DNA of 64,000 nucleotides from a virus, in the IMG/VR virus record IMGVR_UViG_3300020036_001014, positions 2,266 to 66,265 of that record; one strand, 5' to 3'. Both the position numbers and the translations under genes were made by a program. This document shows positions 63,263 to 64,000 of this stretch, piece by piece. Each line of letters begins with the position of its first letter. Position 1 is the stretch's first letter. The notes beneath the pieces are model-generated. The model was not told the DNA's origin. It ran no database searches and was given only the letters and a program-made list of their open reading frames with translations.

Positions 63263-64000
63263 ACGTCGTTATCTCAACGGATAGAATTGAGTTCTCCACG
63301 AGGACTTTTGCGTACGGCGTACAAGGTACGGAGATCGTAAAGGTGTCCTATGCCCGAACCCAACAGTCCACCCCAAACTGGTACGAGGTTTACGTTGACC
63401 GAAAGAACGGAGAGCGGATCGTAATTGATCTTCGTACTACTCCTCCGTCGTTCCCCGCATGGACCAATACACAGGCCGGTGCAGAACAGGCTGTAATAGA
63501 CATCACCGCAGTAGCTGGCGTTTGTTGCGATGGCGGTGGAGGTGGTGTTGGTATCGTTGAACTTACCGGAGATGTGCTGGCTGGGCCGGGCACAGGAACG
63601 GTTCCGGCTGTTCTTGCTACGATCGGGGCATTTGCCGGTAGCTATACCGACCCGATCCTGACTGTTGACAACAAGGGCCGGGTAACAGCTATCACGAGCG
63701 GACCGGGTGACGATCACCTTGTTCTGGCTTCGGTTACTGACACTACTCCCGGCACACTGATCGACAAGATCGAGATCGTCAACGCCACTGCCGCTATCAT
63801 CAACGGCGGGGCTGATGAGATCCTTCGCTTCACTCCATCTGGTGGAGGTGGCGGAACAGGGGCGTTCCCGATCGCACTGTACCGTGACGCCGGGGTCAAT
63901 ACGCTCCCAATGGACGGGAGCTGGCTCGACATCGTACTATCGGTGGCCCTTCAGACAGCTGCTGATATTGTACGAACAGGGGCTGAGTTCGAGTTCCAGT
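63263..64000 (+). CDS. partial structural/fibre-like protein (5' part; runs off window)
   Basis: Open frame of >245 codons to the window end with Gly-rich tracts (CCDGGGGGVGIV, PSGGGGGTGAFP); no in-frame ATG, so a GTG start near 63263 or a +1 shift from short ORF 63177..63251 is possible. Not in the track because it has no stop. Confidence 0.4.

Overview
The window is a 64-kb stretch of a tailed dsDNA phage genome with no evident host chromosomal genes. Roughly 1.4–32.3 kb (+ strand) is a late/virion module. It holds a putative large terminase, a portal, an Ala/Glu-rich scaffold, a major capsid protein, small virion proteins, a 1514-aa tail protein, a 2501-aa giant virion protein with an HEXXH motif, Cys-rich and collagen-like fibre proteins, and an SPFH-domain protein. 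Roughly 32.2–58.4 kb (- strand) is an early/replication module. It holds a DnaB-like helicase, a Zn-ribbon/TOPRIM primase, a DnaA-domain-IV-like initiator, an SSB with an acidic tail, an AAA ATPase, RusA, YopX, a ParB-like protein, three HNH nucleases (one inserted in-frame into a MazG-like gene), a compact C5-cytosine-methyltransferase-like protein, and an amidoligase plus fused GATase-II/GGCT module. This operon also contains a tRNA-Arg(UCU)-like gene, a mini tRNA-like element and many unlisted micro-ORFs. A 2.5-kb non-coding control region (58.4–60.9 kb) carries ATGACA iteron-like repeats, a G-tract, a tRNA-like element with an aberrant anticodon arm, tRNA-Trp(CCA), a tetraloop-dense GC-rich stretch and AT-rich TAGTTAA repeats. 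Plus-strand genes then resume and run off the window end. Late genes are preceded by exact TATCTTTG octamers of the Bacteroidota sigma-A -7 type, which suggests a Bacteroidota host. The minus-strand early genes are instead punctuated by a distinct palindromic GTTAAC-type 19-21-nt motif family. Functional calls rest on motifs recognised by eye plus synteny, without database searches. CDS ends come from the supplied ORF track. Starts I adjusted, and all motif and RNA coordinates, were derived by hand and may be off by 1-2 nt.
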